From NCBI GenBank assembly GCA_023898585.1, contig CP060229.1, forward strand, positions 11,388-75,387: a stretch of DNA of 64,000 nt. Reading direction: 5' to 3'. Made by a program: the position numbers and the translations under genes. The stretch is from Candidatus Nomurabacteria bacterium (GTDB taxonomy: Bacteria > Patescibacteriota > Minisyncoccia > Phycocordibacterales > UBA918). A model generated the notes under the pieces. It was not told the DNA's origin and did no database searches. It worked only from the letters and a program-made list of their open reading frames with translations. Positions 1 to 10,365 of the stretch are shown piece by piece (within the stretch, counting starts at the first letter, position 1; every line of letters begins with the position of its first letter).

Positions 1-753
1 CGTCTTATAATAGTTATTACTTCCTTTGTACTCAACATGTTCTGAACTCCCTTCTTGTATCAATATATCCCCACCACTTGAAACAAGTGTCACTTTTGTG
101 AATTCAACTAAGTTTTCCGGTATTTGATGCCAGATGGTGGCTAAGACTTTCTCAAGTGTAGCTAAAGATAAATCTGCTACCACCATTCCATCGTATCCAT
201 CCTGAGATCCAAATCGTTCCACAGGAAATACGTATCTCTTTTTCCAGGTAGTTAAATCGGAGCTTATAATAAAATCAGATACTTGTGGATTACCTTTTAG
301 TATCTCTGATGTCTGTCCTATATTTAACCCGGCCATCTTTTCTCCTATCATGTCTGTTCTCGAAGACGCTCGCACAATTTCTTCTGCATCAACAAAAGAA
401 ACTGATTCCCACAACTCTCGGTACATACCGAATGAATCCAGATCTTCGATTACCCCACCAACCGGGTGAGCCGGCGATTCACCAAGAACGCTGATTTCAG
501 TCAAAAAGTGTTTTGGTGTATGGGAATCCGCAAGCAAAACAACACTTCTTCTACGTTCTAATAAATACTCGTCAATATTGGAGAACACCTCTGAAACGAG
601 CTGGGAATACCGCTCATTCGTAGCATCGCTGTAATGAACTTTGGTAAAGTAGTACGCCACATAAGCAATAGACATGATCGTAACCACGATAGCAACAGAT
701 ATGATAAGAATTATTTTAAATATCAACTTGTTTCGTAGCATACGAAATTTCAT
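1..753 (-). CDS. membrane-anchored sensor-like protein, N-terminal part; gene continues past window start
   Basis: Checked triplet by triplet: minus-strand frame from ATG (753..751) to position 1 has no stop in 251 codons (absent from ORF track because open-ended). N-terminal hydrophobic helix IFKIILIISVAIVVTIMSIAYVAYYF followed by a soluble domain. Confidence 0.45.
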   Translation of the reverse strand, partial: MKFRMLRNKLIFKIILIISVAIVVTIMSIAYVAYYFTKVHYSDATNERYSQLVSEVFSNIDEYLLERRRSVVLLADSHTPKHFLTEISVLGESPAHPVGGVIEDLDSFGMYRELWESVSFVDAEEIVRASSRTDMIGEKMAGLNIGQTSEILKGNPQVSDFIISSDLTTWKKRYVFPVERFGSQDGYDGMVVADLSLATLEKVLATIWHQIPENLVEFTKVTLVSSGGDILIQEGSSEHVEYKGSNNYYKT

Positions 754-884
754 TAAACGAACTCAAGGGCAACAATTGCCGTTTAACACCGTGACCTCTT
801 ACAGTTATCATACAACTATATTTCTCCTTCTTTTATCCCTGTACACAGGTTAATATATAACGATAATGATAAGATTTTGTTAAC

Positions 885-1748
885 GTGAATTACTCCATAG
901 AGAAACTACCGGCTCAGGAATTTCCCGTAGGCTTACGGGAAATTCCTGAGCCTCCAAAAACCCTTTACTACCGTGGCCGATTACCAGACCGTAGCCTTAC
1001 TCTCCTCTCCATTGTTGGTTCTCGTAATTACACGAGTTACGGGAAACAAGTCGTCGATGAGCTCGTTGGCGGACTAGCGGGGTATGAAGTTGGAATCATC
1101 TCCGGACTAGCGCTCGGCATAGATTCACTGGCGCATGAATCAGCCCTACGTCACAATCTCTACACACTAGCCATTCCCGGTAGCGGACTCGAAGATAGTG
1201 TGATGTACCCAGCCACTCACAAGAATCTCGCCTACAAGATACTGGAAGCGGGTGGTGGCCTCCTCTCGGAATTTGAACCGACATTCAAAGCGACCAAATG
1301 GTCATTCCCCATGCGCAATCGTCTGATCGCGGGAATAAGCAAAGCCACATTATTAATTGAAGCGGCGGAAAAATCCGGCACTCTCATTACCGCTCGATTG
1401 GCCACAGATTATAATCGTGAATTACTCGTTGTCCCGGGAAGTATTTTTTCTAAAAACAGCGTCGGGGTTCATCAATTCATGAAACTGGGAGCAACCCCGA
1501 TCACAATGAGCGAAGATATTCTGGACTGTCTTAGAATCGACATAAAATCAATTGAAAGGGCGCAACCCAAGCCGACTTTATCCACAACCGAATCTCTCAT
1601 CCTCTCTCTTCTTCCTGAACCGACCCATCGAGACGAGCTGATCCGCAAAACAAAGCTCGGAACCCAAGAAGCTTCACAATTACTAATGATGATGGAACTT
1701 AATGGTTACATTAAATCAGATAATAATATTTATCGTTCAACTCTATAA
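885..1748 (+). CDS. dprA: DNA-processing protein DprA (Smf)
   Basis: 287-aa ORF with Rossmann-like DprA core and motif SGLALGIDSLAHESAL. Confidence 0.85.
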   Translation: MNYSIEKLPAQEFPVGLREIPEPPKTLYYRGRLPDRSLTLLSIVGSRNYTSYGKQVVDELVGGLAGYEVGIISGLALGIDSLAHESALRHNLYTLAIPGSGLEDSVMYPATHKNLAYKILEAGGGLLSEFEPTFKATKWSFPMRNRLIAGISKATLLIEAAEKSGTLITARLATDYNRELLVVPGSIFSKNSVGVHQFMKLGATPITMSEDILDCLRIDIKSIERAQPKPTLSTTESLILSLLPEPTHRDELIRKTKLGTQEASQLLMMMELNGYIKSDNNIYRSTL

Positions 1749-1805
1749 CCACGGGACAAACGAGTTGACAGATTTTCCATATGCTAGTATTTGTACTACC
1801 TAATT

Positions 1806-4169
1806 ATGTCAAAACAAACACTGGTAATTGTAGAGTCTCCGGCCAAATCGAAGACTATAGAAAAATATCTGGGAAAAGGATTTAAAGTAATGTCTTCAAT
1901 CGGCCACATCCGTGATCTACCAAAAAACAACAAAGACGCCGTCGACATTGAAGGTGGTTTTATTCCCAAATACATTATTTCGCCTGGAAAGAAAAAAGTG
2001 ATTGAAGGTCTGCAAGAGGCCGCCACCAAATCAGATACTGTACTGCTGGCGTCCGACCCCGATCGTGAAGGTGAAGCAATTGCCTGGCACGTGGCGGAAC
2101 TGATCAAAAAACACAATTCTAACATCAAACGAGTGGCCTTCAATGAAATCACGGAAGAGGCTGTCTTAGAAGCGATTGGACATCCACGCAAACTTGACAT
2201 GCATCTTAAAGAAGCACAGGAAGCGAGAAGGGTTTTGGACAGATTGGTCGGATACGATTTGTCTGGTCTGATATGGAAAAAAGTTCGCTATGGTCTATCT
2301 GCTGGGCGGGTGCAATCACCGGCTCTCAGAATAGTGATGGAAAGGGAGCGAGAAATCAGAGCTTTCACACCTCAGCAATATTTTGTGCTCGAAGCCGACT
2401 TAAAAGATACTCAAGAGACCATCACTTTTACCTGCACCAAGGAGCCAAAGGAAGAGGAAGAAGCTAACAAAATCAAGACTATCGGCGAAAGTCATGGGTG
2501 GGAAGTAACTTCCGTAAAAGAAAGCGACACTAAACGCACTCCCTGCCCGCCCTTTACGACTTCTACCTTGCAACAAACAGCCTCAACCAGACTTGGTTTT
2601 ACACCGTCTCGCACCATGGGCGCCGCGCAAAAATTATATGAAGCCGGACATATAACCTACATGAGAACAGACAGCACGACTCTGAGCGTCCAAGCCCAAA
2701 AACAGATATTATCCTTGATAGACAAAGATTTTGGGAAAGAATATGTAATGCCTCGAACTTTTAAGACCAAGAGTAAGTCTGCTCAAGAGGCTCACGAGGC
2801 CGTTCGCCCGACCAAGTTAAGCAAGAAAACAGCGGGAACAACCGCCGACCAGAGGTCCCTTTACCAATTGATCTGGGAGAGAGCAGTCGCTTCACAAATG
2901 ACAGACGCTGTCATTAAACGAACCAAACTCTCAACAAACGTGAAGAACGCAAAAGAAGCGATACCGGATTTTGCAATCAACGGTTCCAGGATCATTTTCG
3001 ATGGCTGGCTTAGAGTCGACAAAAGAGCGCGCGGTGAAGACACTGAGGTACCAAAACTCTCAAAGGGACAGGAGCTTGGGTGTAAAGACGTTAGGATCGA
3101 AGCTAAACTGACTCAACCTCCTAGTCGCTACACTGAAGCCGGACTTATTAAGGAGTTGGAAAAACGAGGTATCGGAAGACCTTCCACTTACGCAGCCATA
3201 ATGAACACTATTGTTCAACGCGGATACGTTGAGAAAGATGGCCGAACACTTGTTCCGACTGACACCGGCGACGTTGTATCAAGCTTTCTGGAAGAACATT
3301 TCCTCCAATATATAGGCGATGATTTTACGAGCGAAATGGAAAACGAACTAGATGAAATAGCTACCGGCGAACGTTCCTACCAAAAAACACTTGAGGATTT
3401 TTACAAACCCTTTAAAAAGGCCGTGGATGATAAGGAAGACATAGAAAAGCTTACCACTCTCGGACCGGGTCCTAAGCAATTCCCCTGCCCAAAATGTAAA
3501 GGAGAAATGGTTAGAAAACTCGGAAAAAACGGCACTTTCCTCTCTTGTTTGAAATTTCCTGACTGCGATGGCGCACGCTTGATTGACGGTTCGGAAGCAA
3601 AGCCGGACGAGCCGATAGGCAAACACCCCGAGACCGGTGAACCGATATTTGTCATGAACGGAAAATTCGGGCCATATGTGCAACTCGGCGAAAATCCTGA
3701 AAAGATAAAAGGCAAACGTCAACCTTCGCCCAAGCGGTCATCTATCCCACCGGGAGTCGAGGTAAAAAGTGTGACTGTAGCTGATGCTGTTAGATATCTC
3801 CTACTCCCGCGCGAACTAGGTATACACCCCAAAACAAACGAGCCGGTTGTAGCCAATTCCGGTCAGTATGGTCCATACATTGCACACGCCGGGGATTTTC
3901 GGCCGTTGAAAGATGAGAAAGATAACCCTTACGAAATCACATTCGAGAGAGCTCTGGAAATATTAAAAAAGCCCAAACAGTTGCGTAAGGGAGAAAAACT
4001 ACTGAAAGAGCTTGGCGTGAATCCGAAAACTCATAAGTTAATTAATGTAATGGAATCCAAATCCGGCCGATACATTAAGAAGGGGTTCAAAAGAATCAGT
4101 ATTCCCGATAACGTTAAGACGGAAGATATTACTCTGGAACTGGCGATCGAACTTCTGCAACAAAAATAA
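1806..4169 (+). CDS. topA: DNA topoisomerase I
   Basis: Toprim N-terminus MSKQTLVIVESPAKSKTIEKYLG, DPDREGE motif, C-terminal zinc-ribbon CPKC/CxxC repeats. Start moved to ATG 1806 (track start 1791 is upstream in frame). Confidence 0.95.
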   Translation: MSKQTLVIVESPAKSKTIEKYLGKGFKVMSSIGHIRDLPKNNKDAVDIEGGFIPKYIISPGKKKVIEGLQEAATKSDTVLLASDPDREGEAIAWHVAELIKKHNSNIKRVAFNEITEEAVLEAIGHPRKLDMHLKEAQEARRVLDRLVGYDLSGLIWKKVRYGLSAGRVQSPALRIVMEREREIRAFTPQQYFVLEADLKDTQETITFTCTKEPKEEEEANKIKTIGESHGWEVTSVKESDTKRTPCPPFTTSTLQQTASTRLGFTPSRTMGAAQKLYEAGHITYMRTDSTTLSVQAQKQILSLIDKDFGKEYVMPRTFKTKSKSAQEAHEAVRPTKLSKKTAGTTADQRSLYQLIWERAVASQMTDAVIKRTKLSTNVKNAKEAIPDFAINGSRIIFDGWLRVDKRARGEDTEVPKLSKGQELGCKDVRIEAKLTQPPSRYTEAGLIKELEKRGIGRPSTYAAIMNTIVQRGYVEKDGRTLVPTDTGDVVSSFLEEHFLQYIGDDFTSEMENELDEIATGERSYQKTLEDFYKPFKKAVDDKEDIEKLTTLGPGPKQFPCPKCKGEMVRKLGKNGTFLSCLKFPDCDGARLIDGSEAKPDEPIGKHPETGEPIFVMNGKFGPYVQLGENPEKIKGKRQPSPKRSSIPPGVEVKSVTVADAVRYLLLPRELGIHPKTNEPVVANSGQYGPYIAHAGDFRPLKDEKDNPYEITFERALEILKKPKQLRKGEKLLKELGVNPKTHKLINVMESKSGRYIKKGFKRISIPDNVKTEDITLELAIELLQQK

Positions 4170-4228
4170 ATTCGACCAAACAATTACAAAACTTGTCAAC
4201 TGCCGATTATGTCTCTAGAATAGATACC

Positions 4229-5785
4229 ATGTATACGGTAGATCAGATTATCTCCAAACTAAACGACCCTAACCAGGCCGATGGTGATCTCATAAGAAAG
4301 GCTTATAACTATGCCTCAGAGGCGCACAAAAATCACAAGCGTTACTCCGGGGAGCCTTACATGACTCACGCCGCCGCAGCCGGCTACAAACTGGCCGCCA
4401 TGGGTATGGGACCGAGAACCATTTGCGCGGGACTGCTTCACGACACAATAGAGGACACACCGGTAACTTCCGAAGATATAGATCGCGAATTCGGAGACGA
4501 GGTGCTATTTTTAGTCGAAGGTGTGACTAAACTAAGTTCGGTTCGGTATTATGGCACCGATCGTCACAACGAGAGTCTTCGTAAACTCTTTGTCGCTACC
4601 AGTCAAGACATCAGAGTTCTTATCATTAAACTGGTTGATCGTCTTCACAACATGGAGACCCTCAGTTATGTACCGGAAGAAAAACAAAGAAGAATCGCTC
4701 GTGAGACTTTGGAAATTTACGTACCAATTGCCCATCGGTTGGGTATGGGGAAACTGCGTAAAGAACTGGAGGATTTGGCTTTTCCTTATGTTTATCCCGA
4801 AGAAGCTAAAAGAGTAAAAAAGACTTTGTCATCAAGATTTGGAAACGCCAACGAAGTCTTGGAAAAAGAAAGAAAAACTCTTCAAAAAAGACTAGCTGAG
4901 TTGAAACTGACAGACTTTAACACTTCATACCGAGTAAAAGGATTATACAGTCTGTACCACAAACTAAAGATTAAAGAATGGGATATAAACGCCATATATG
5001 ATCTTCTGGCCATGCGCGTAATAGTAAATTCGGTGGAAGACTGCTACCGGACATTGGGCATAATTCATGAGTTATGGCGCCCGTTACCAAAAAGAGTGAA
5101 GGACTATATTGCTTTTCCTAAGCCAAACGGCTACCAATCACTCCATACTACTGTCACCACTCAAAACAGTGTTATCTTGGAGATCCAAATTCGCACCAAG
5201 CAAATGCACCAAGAAGCGGAATTTGGAGTCGCTTCACACGTTTTTTATAAACCACCAACCGTATCGGATAACTCCGGTGAGAAGAAACCTTCCATGTTTT
5301 CCAGCCTCGTTCCTGCCCTGTTTCAGCCTTTCTCAAGACGTGAGACAGAATCCGAAAAAAATCTCGAGAAATCAGCCTCAACCCCCCACAACCAAAAGAT
5401 ACCGCGTTGGATATCGCAAATTGGACAAACTTACCATCACGAGTCTAAAAATCCCACCAGTAATTTTGTCGAAGATGCGGAATCTGATTTCTTTTCCAAT
5501 CGTATCTTCGTCTTCACTCCCATCGGCGATGTGGTGGATTTACCGGTTGGTGCTACGCCGATAGATTTCTCATACGCAATCCACTCGGAAATAGGCGACC
5601 ATACTTTTGGTGCGAACGTAAACCGAAAACCAGCCCGTCTGGATAAGGAGTTAAATAATGGGGACATCGTGGAAATCGTGACCAGAAAATCGGCCAAACC
5701 AAGTCCAAAATGGCTACATTTCGCCAAAACTTCAGTGGCACGAAAACATATCCGCGCCGCCATCGAACAGTCAAACAAAATCTAA
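4229..5785 (+). CDS. rel: (p)ppGpp synthetase/hydrolase RelA/SpoT homolog (HD + synthetase + TGS; no ACT/RRM tail)
   Basis: HD motif LLHDTIEDT, synthetase motif YDLLAMRVIV, TGS-like IFVFTPIGDVVDLPVGATPIDFSYAIHSEIG. 518 aa from ATG 4229 is shorter than typical Rel. Confidence 0.85.
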   Translation: MYTVDQIISKLNDPNQADGDLIRKAYNYASEAHKNHKRYSGEPYMTHAAAAGYKLAAMGMGPRTICAGLLHDTIEDTPVTSEDIDREFGDEVLFLVEGVTKLSSVRYYGTDRHNESLRKLFVATSQDIRVLIIKLVDRLHNMETLSYVPEEKQRRIARETLEIYVPIAHRLGMGKLRKELEDLAFPYVYPEEAKRVKKTLSSRFGNANEVLEKERKTLQKRLAELKLTDFNTSYRVKGLYSLYHKLKIKEWDINAIYDLLAMRVIVNSVEDCYRTLGIIHELWRPLPKRVKDYIAFPKPNGYQSLHTTVTTQNSVILEIQIRTKQMHQEAEFGVASHVFYKPPTVSDNSGEKKPSMFSSLVPALFQPFSRRETESEKNLEKSASTPHNQKIPRWISQIGQTYHHESKNPTSNFVEDAESDFFSNRIFVFTPIGDVVDLPVGATPIDFSYAIHSEIGDHTFGANVNRKPARLDKELNNGDIVEIVTRKSAKPSPKWLHFAKTSVARKHIRAAIEQSNKI

Positions 5786-5794
5786 AAAAGCTGT

Positions 5795-7219
5795 TTAGAC
5801 GGTGAAATTGTTTATTGAGTAAAGACTACTTTCATCCTTTGTCTCTTCGTCTTTTTTAGTGATGTGTGATGGTGGTTGTTCAACAGAATCAGGAGCGACT
5901 CTTTCTTCGGTAGCTGGATTGATCGTGGTAGCTTGATTTTCAATCCTTTGATCATAATCATCACCGCCTAAACCACGAACGACACTTGGTGTTTCCTCCG
6001 GCCTGGTTGCGACTTCCTGTTTTGAATATTCAACAACACTTTTTTGATTTCCGGTCTCTTCAATTTGGTTGTGCTGATTTTGTTCAGCACTGACTGAATA
6101 ATGCCCGCCTATAGTTTGCGACACGATGGTTACGTTTGGTGACCGATATACCGATCCAGGTTCAATCCTGGACACCGCCTGCTTTCCGAACTCAGATGTT
6201 TGTCCTGTTTGATATTGAGTTTGTGACTGCGATGGTTCATCTGCAACTGGCTGTTTCGAAGATTCAGGAACTTCTTGAAGTTGATCTGGTTCTGGAGGTA
6301 AAATTTCACTTTCAGACTTATAATCAGTCTCCAGCGGAGTGTGTTCGGCTAAGTGTTCAGCCATTTCTTTTTGGCCGGTTTCTTTAGCAGACGCTTCGTC
6401 ACTCATTCTCTTCAAGATGGAAGCCAGGTCATCCTCTGAAAAATAGTCGATGGTAAGCTTGCCACCAAAATCGGTTTTTTGAATCTGAACTCTTGTTCCC
6501 AACGTCTCAGTAAATTGTCTCTCAAATTCTATCAAATTGGCATCAAATTCATCGGGGTCTTTCTTTCGCACTTTATCAGTGGCTATTTTTCGGACAATCC
6601 TTTCCACTTCACGAACCGATAATTTTTTAAGCAGGATTTCTTTGTAGACCACCTCCTGTTCTTCCAGACGATCGGAAAGCATGAGTAAAGTTCTCGCGTG
6701 TCCCTCAGTCATATCGCCAAGCTTCAAAGACTCCAACATATGCTCAGGCAAGCCAAGCAAACGAATTGTATTAGACACATATTCTCGACTGCGACCAACT
6801 TTTTTGGCAACTAAAGCGTGAGAAAGACCAAAAACATCCGCTAATTGCTTAAATGCGATCGCTCTATCAACAGCGTTCAAGTCCTCACGCTGGAGATTTT
6901 CTATGATGGCCAACTCCAACTTTTCTTGTTCATTCTGTTCACCTTCTCGAATAATAACCGGGACTTGCAGGACTCCAGCGAGCTTACTGGCTCGCAGACG
7001 TCGTTCCCCGGCGATCAATTCATATTCCGTATAAAATGTCCCGTTTTCCTGCTGAACTTCATTTCTAGTGACGGTGAGTGGCTGAAGCACGCCATACATA
7101 CGAATAGAATCCGCCAGTTCCTGCAGTTTATTTTGGTCGAATTCTCGACGCGGTTGAAAAGGATTGGGGACGATTTTCTCGACCTCTACCCAATAGATTG
7201 AATCTCCCTGAAATGCCAT
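5795..7219 (-). CDS. parB: ParB/Spo0J-family partition protein with long low-complexity C-terminal extension
   Basis: ParB box GERRLRASKLAG and HTH in N-terminal ~280 aa; C-terminal ~190 aa Q/E/S/T-rich. Confidence 0.85.
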   Translation of the reverse strand: MAFQGDSIYWVEVEKIVPNPFQPRREFDQNKLQELADSIRMYGVLQPLTVTRNEVQQENGTFYTEYELIAGERRLRASKLAGVLQVPVIIREGEQNEQEKLELAIIENLQREDLNAVDRAIAFKQLADVFGLSHALVAKKVGRSREYVSNTIRLLGLPEHMLESLKLGDMTEGHARTLLMLSDRLEEQEVVYKEILLKKLSVREVERIVRKIATDKVRKKDPDEFDANLIEFERQFTETLGTRVQIQKTDFGGKLTIDYFSEDDLASILKRMSDEASAKETGQKEMAEHLAEHTPLETDYKSESEILPPEPDQLQEVPESSKQPVADEPSQSQTQYQTGQTSEFGKQAVSRIEPGSVYRSPNVTIVSQTIGGHYSVSAEQNQHNQIEETGNQKSVVEYSKQEVATRPEETPSVVRGLGGDDYDQRIENQATTINPATEERVAPDSVEQPPSHITKKDEETKDESSLYSINNFTV

Positions 7220-7381
7220 AAATAAAAACCAATTAATACCTCCGAGTTCTTACGCTCGATATGGGAACATTCTATCATATTTTACTTATACACAGTCTTT
7301 ATACGAAGTGATATGGTTTTATCTATAGCGGTGACATTCCATTCTGGTTTGTTTTCTGCTACACTCTTGGTACAAAAAAAC

Positions 7382-7466
7382 GCCTCGGTGGTGGAATTGG
7401 TATACACGTACGACTCAAAATCGTATGGCGCAAGCCGTGAGGGTTCGATTCCCTCCCGAGGCACCA
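7382..7466 (+). tRNA. tRNA-Leu (anticodon CAA), CCA encoded
   Basis: Hand-folded: acceptor GCCTCGG/CCGAGGC, anticodon loop CTCAAAA, long variable arm, T-arm GGGTTCGATTCCC. Confidence 0.85.
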
Positions 7467-7579
7467 AAAAACTAGTCTAATCTCTTTTGAATTTGAATCT
7501 GTAGTTTTTTGCTACTTTGTAGTAACATGATTCGACGTCACCTTGGCCAATACAGGCATATCAAAATAAGGAGGAAGAC

Positions 7580-8269
7580 GTGAGCACAACTGTTACAGAA
7601 ATCTGGAAGAGAATAGGTCAAATCGCGGATGTGCATGTTGACCGTCATTTCGTCATCGATAATAAGACTCACAGTAATTGTTTAGTTGACTTGTCCGGTC
7701 TGACTAATCCCGAAAACACTGGATTACTTCGAGAAGTAGCGATTGAGCTATTCAGGAGGACAATTGCGGAAGGAAGGTTTGATACAAACAAGGCAGTCAT
7801 GATGGTCGGCACGGCGTTGCTTGATACAAAATTAGTGGAACTGATGAGGGAAATTAATGAATCAGAACCAATGATTGAGTCGCTCGTGCCAGCGGAAATT
7901 CGTGAGGAAAAGCTCTTTGTCGGCAGTGACCTTGTGAATTCGATCACTCCCGAAACGCAAGTAATCTTGGTTCAAGCCCTACTTCAGGAAATAAAGTCTG
8001 TTAACAAGACGATCGGTTCTGTGATCAGACCTCTAGGATCGGGCGTTCGCGCCATAAGTTCAATTATTGACCAGAGTGGACTGGAAGCAGACGATTTTGG
8101 CGTACCTTTCGTTATTGCTCTTCGGTCAGTGGAAGTTTTACACTTTGATCTCAGTACTGGCACCTGTCCGCTATGTTCAGAAGGTAGACCAATCGTGAAA
8201 AATCGTGGACAAGGTGAAGAGCACAAAAGGCATTTCCCGAAGTACAAAGGGGGGTATATTGATCTTTAA
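7580..8269 (+). CDS. hypothetical protein
   Basis: 229-aa ORF preceded by AGGAGG; no recognisable motif; C-terminal CPLC. Confidence 0.45.
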   Translation: MSTTVTEIWKRIGQIADVHVDRHFVIDNKTHSNCLVDLSGLTNPENTGLLREVAIELFRRTIAEGRFDTNKAVMMVGTALLDTKLVELMREINESEPMIESLVPAEIREEKLFVGSDLVNSITPETQVILVQALLQEIKSVNKTIGSVIRPLGSGVRAISSIIDQSGLEADDFGVPFVIALRSVEVLHFDLSTGTCPLCSEGRPIVKNRGQGEEHKRHFPKYKGGYIDL

Positions 8270-8368
8270 CTACAATAATCAGACAAGATTACTTAAAACG
8301 CCGTCGGCAATTGGTTTACCGATGGCGTTTTTATATTGTTTACCAAATATTAGTTATTAATCTTCATG

Positions 8369-8992
8369 CTAGATCTTCCCCACCAAATCAACCCCTGGTG
8401 TTAGAGTATCGTCTCCAGTATTCCAGCTGGCCGGGCAGACATTAGCTGGATGTTCACCAACATACTTGGCAGCCTTGAACTTACGCATGGTCTCCTTGCC
8501 ACTTCGTCCAATTGAATCACAATTCACTTCCACTGTCATAATCTCCCCTTCCGGTGAGATGATAAATGTGCCACGATGCGTCACGCCCTCATCCGGAATC
8601 AATACCCCAAAAATTTCTGAAAGCAGATGGGTTGGATCAGCCGCCATCGGAAACTTAATATCCTTGATGGTCGGAGAACCGTCGTGCCAAGCTTTATGTA
8701 CTTCGACTGTATCGGTGGAAACCGATACCACTTCCGCCCCTTCTTTTTGGAATTCTTCATACAAAGCGTTCATTTCACCTAATTCAGTAGGACAAACAAA
8801 AGTAAAGTCTTTGGGATAAAACATTAAAATAACCCATTTTTCACGTAGTTCTTTGAAGCTGAGTTCGGAAAAATCATCTTTGTGGTAAACGTCAAAACTA
8901 ATTTCCTCCGGGACAATATCACCAACAGTAAGTGGGGTCAAAAATACCGGCTCGTCATCTTCACAACATCCTCCTTTACATGTATTTTCCAT
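8369..8992 (-). CDS. typical 2-Cys peroxiredoxin (AhpC/Tsa family)
   Basis: Peroxidatic motif FTFVCPTE and resolving-Cys motif EVCPASW-like (HPANVCPASW). Start placed at MENTCKGGCC (track ORF extends further upstream). Confidence 0.85.
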   Translation of the reverse strand: MENTCKGGCCEDDEPVFLTPLTVGDIVPEEISFDVYHKDDFSELSFKELREKWVILMFYPKDFTFVCPTELGEMNALYEEFQKEGAEVVSVSTDTVEVHKAWHDGSPTIKDIKFPMAADPTHLLSEIFGVLIPDEGVTHRGTFIISPEGEIMTVEVNCDSIGRSGKETMRKFKAAKYVGEHPANVCPASWNTGDDTLTPGVDLVGKI

Positions 8993-9092
8993 GATAAAAA
9001 TAAAAAAGCTATTAAGGGTATAATAATACCACAATCCAAACATTCACGTTTAAGGTGTTTTTTGAGATGAATTTTTGCTAGACTCAAACAAA

Positions 9093-10001
9093 ATGGCAGA
9101 ACAGAAACCAAAGATAATCGCCATAGTCGGACCAACCGCCGGTGGCAAAACATCACTTTCGATTGAGGTGGCTCGAAAATTTGGTGGTGAAATTATTTCC
9201 GCCGACTCAAGACAGGTCTACCGTCACTTGAATATAGGTACAGGTAAAGTTACAAAAAAAGAGATGGGTAACATACCCCATCATCTTTTGGATGTCCGAG
9301 AACCGACCGAGGTGTATACGGTAGCTGAGTTTAAGTGCGAAGCAACGCAAGCGATTCAAGAAATCAAAAGCAGAGGTCGTCTTCCTATCATTGTTGGCGG
9401 GACTTTCTTTTACCTCGATTCACTAAGAAATAGAGCTTTCTTTGCTCCGGTAAAACCGGACCTTACTTTCAGAAAGAGTCTGGGTAAATTCACGGATGAA
9501 GAACTTTTTGCAAAACTCAAAAAAGCTGATCCTAAACGTGCGACCAACATTGATAAAAACAACCGCAGACGCCTCGAAAGAGCACTGGAAGTGGTTCGCG
9601 AACTAGGAGTTGTTCCAGATTTAAAAGCTACAGAATCACCCTATGACTGGCTTATTATAGGTTTAAGCGTACCAAAGGAAGAATTACGTGAAAACTTTAA
9701 AAACCGCCTAATAGATTGGCTGGATTTAGGTTTTGAAGAGGAGGTGGGTGAGCTGATAGAAAGAGGCGTCTCAGAGAGCCGGTTTGCTGAATTCGGTTTT
9801 GAATACACTCTCATGCTAACTTTTATTAACAAGGAAATTACCAAAGAAGAGTTGATAGAAAAATTCGTCCAGAAAAACTGGCAATACGCCAAAAGACAGA
9901 TGACGTGGCTGAAACGAGATGGAGAAATAAATTGGTTTGCGCCGGAAAATCGCGAAGCGATTTTCCGGCGCGTTGACGACTTCCTTAATAACAAAAGTTG
10001 A
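9093..10001 (+). CDS. miaA: tRNA dimethylallyltransferase MiaA
   Basis: P-loop IIAIVGPTAGGKTSLS, ADSRQVY motif; start ATG 9093. Confidence 0.9.
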   Translation: MAEQKPKIIAIVGPTAGGKTSLSIEVARKFGGEIISADSRQVYRHLNIGTGKVTKKEMGNIPHHLLDVREPTEVYTVAEFKCEATQAIQEIKSRGRLPIIVGGTFFYLDSLRNRAFFAPVKPDLTFRKSLGKFTDEELFAKLKKADPKRATNIDKNNRRRLERALEVVRELGVVPDLKATESPYDWLIIGLSVPKEELRENFKNRLIDWLDLGFEEEVGELIERGVSESRFAEFGFEYTLMLTFINKEITKEELIEKFVQKNWQYAKRQMTWLKRDGEINWFAPENREAIFRRVDDFLNNKS

Positions 10002-10045
10002 CCTAAGTGTCCCTTTCGCCTACTATTACGGTCACAAAGAAAAAC

Positions 10046-10116
10046 GGGTCTATAGTTTAGTGGTAAAATTTCGGTCTCCAAAACCGAAGTCCGAGGTTCG
10101 AGTCCTCGTAGACCCG
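10046..10116 (+). tRNA. tRNA-Trp (anticodon CCA)
   Basis: Hand-folded cloverleaf: acceptor GGGTCTA/TAGACCC, anticodon loop CTCCAAA, T-arm GGTTCGAGTCC. Confidence 0.8.
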
Positions 10117-10300
10117 CAATGGAAAATACCTAGCATACGCTGGATATTTTCTTTTACCCCACATATCAGTTCAGAACTTTTTCTTTTTGTTAGAAAGTTG
10201 TATACTTCTCCTAATGAAACTCACTAACACAATCAAGACGTGGAGTAGCTTTGTTTCAACCAACCACAATCCGCACTAGTGGGTGGTTTTGGTGTCTCTA

Positions 10301-10330
10301 GCAAATCCGCCCCCTGAGGCGGATTTTTTG
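10301..10330 (+). terminator. rho-independent terminator-like hairpin
   Basis: AAATCCGCCCCCTGAGGCGGATTTTTT: GC stem plus T-run. Confidence 0.5.
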
Positions 10331-10365
10331 TTTCAGGACATGTTCTTTCACACACAGGAGGTCAC

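Noticed and set aside
1796-3722. Antisense and alternative-frame ORFs inside topA (1796..2200-, 3348..3722-, 3401..3715-)
   Set aside because: Shadow ORFs within a strongly supported topA gene.
7282-7467. 61-aa minus-strand ORF
   Set aside because: Lies entirely over the tRNA-Leu(CAA) gene and its leader; tRNA explains the sequence.
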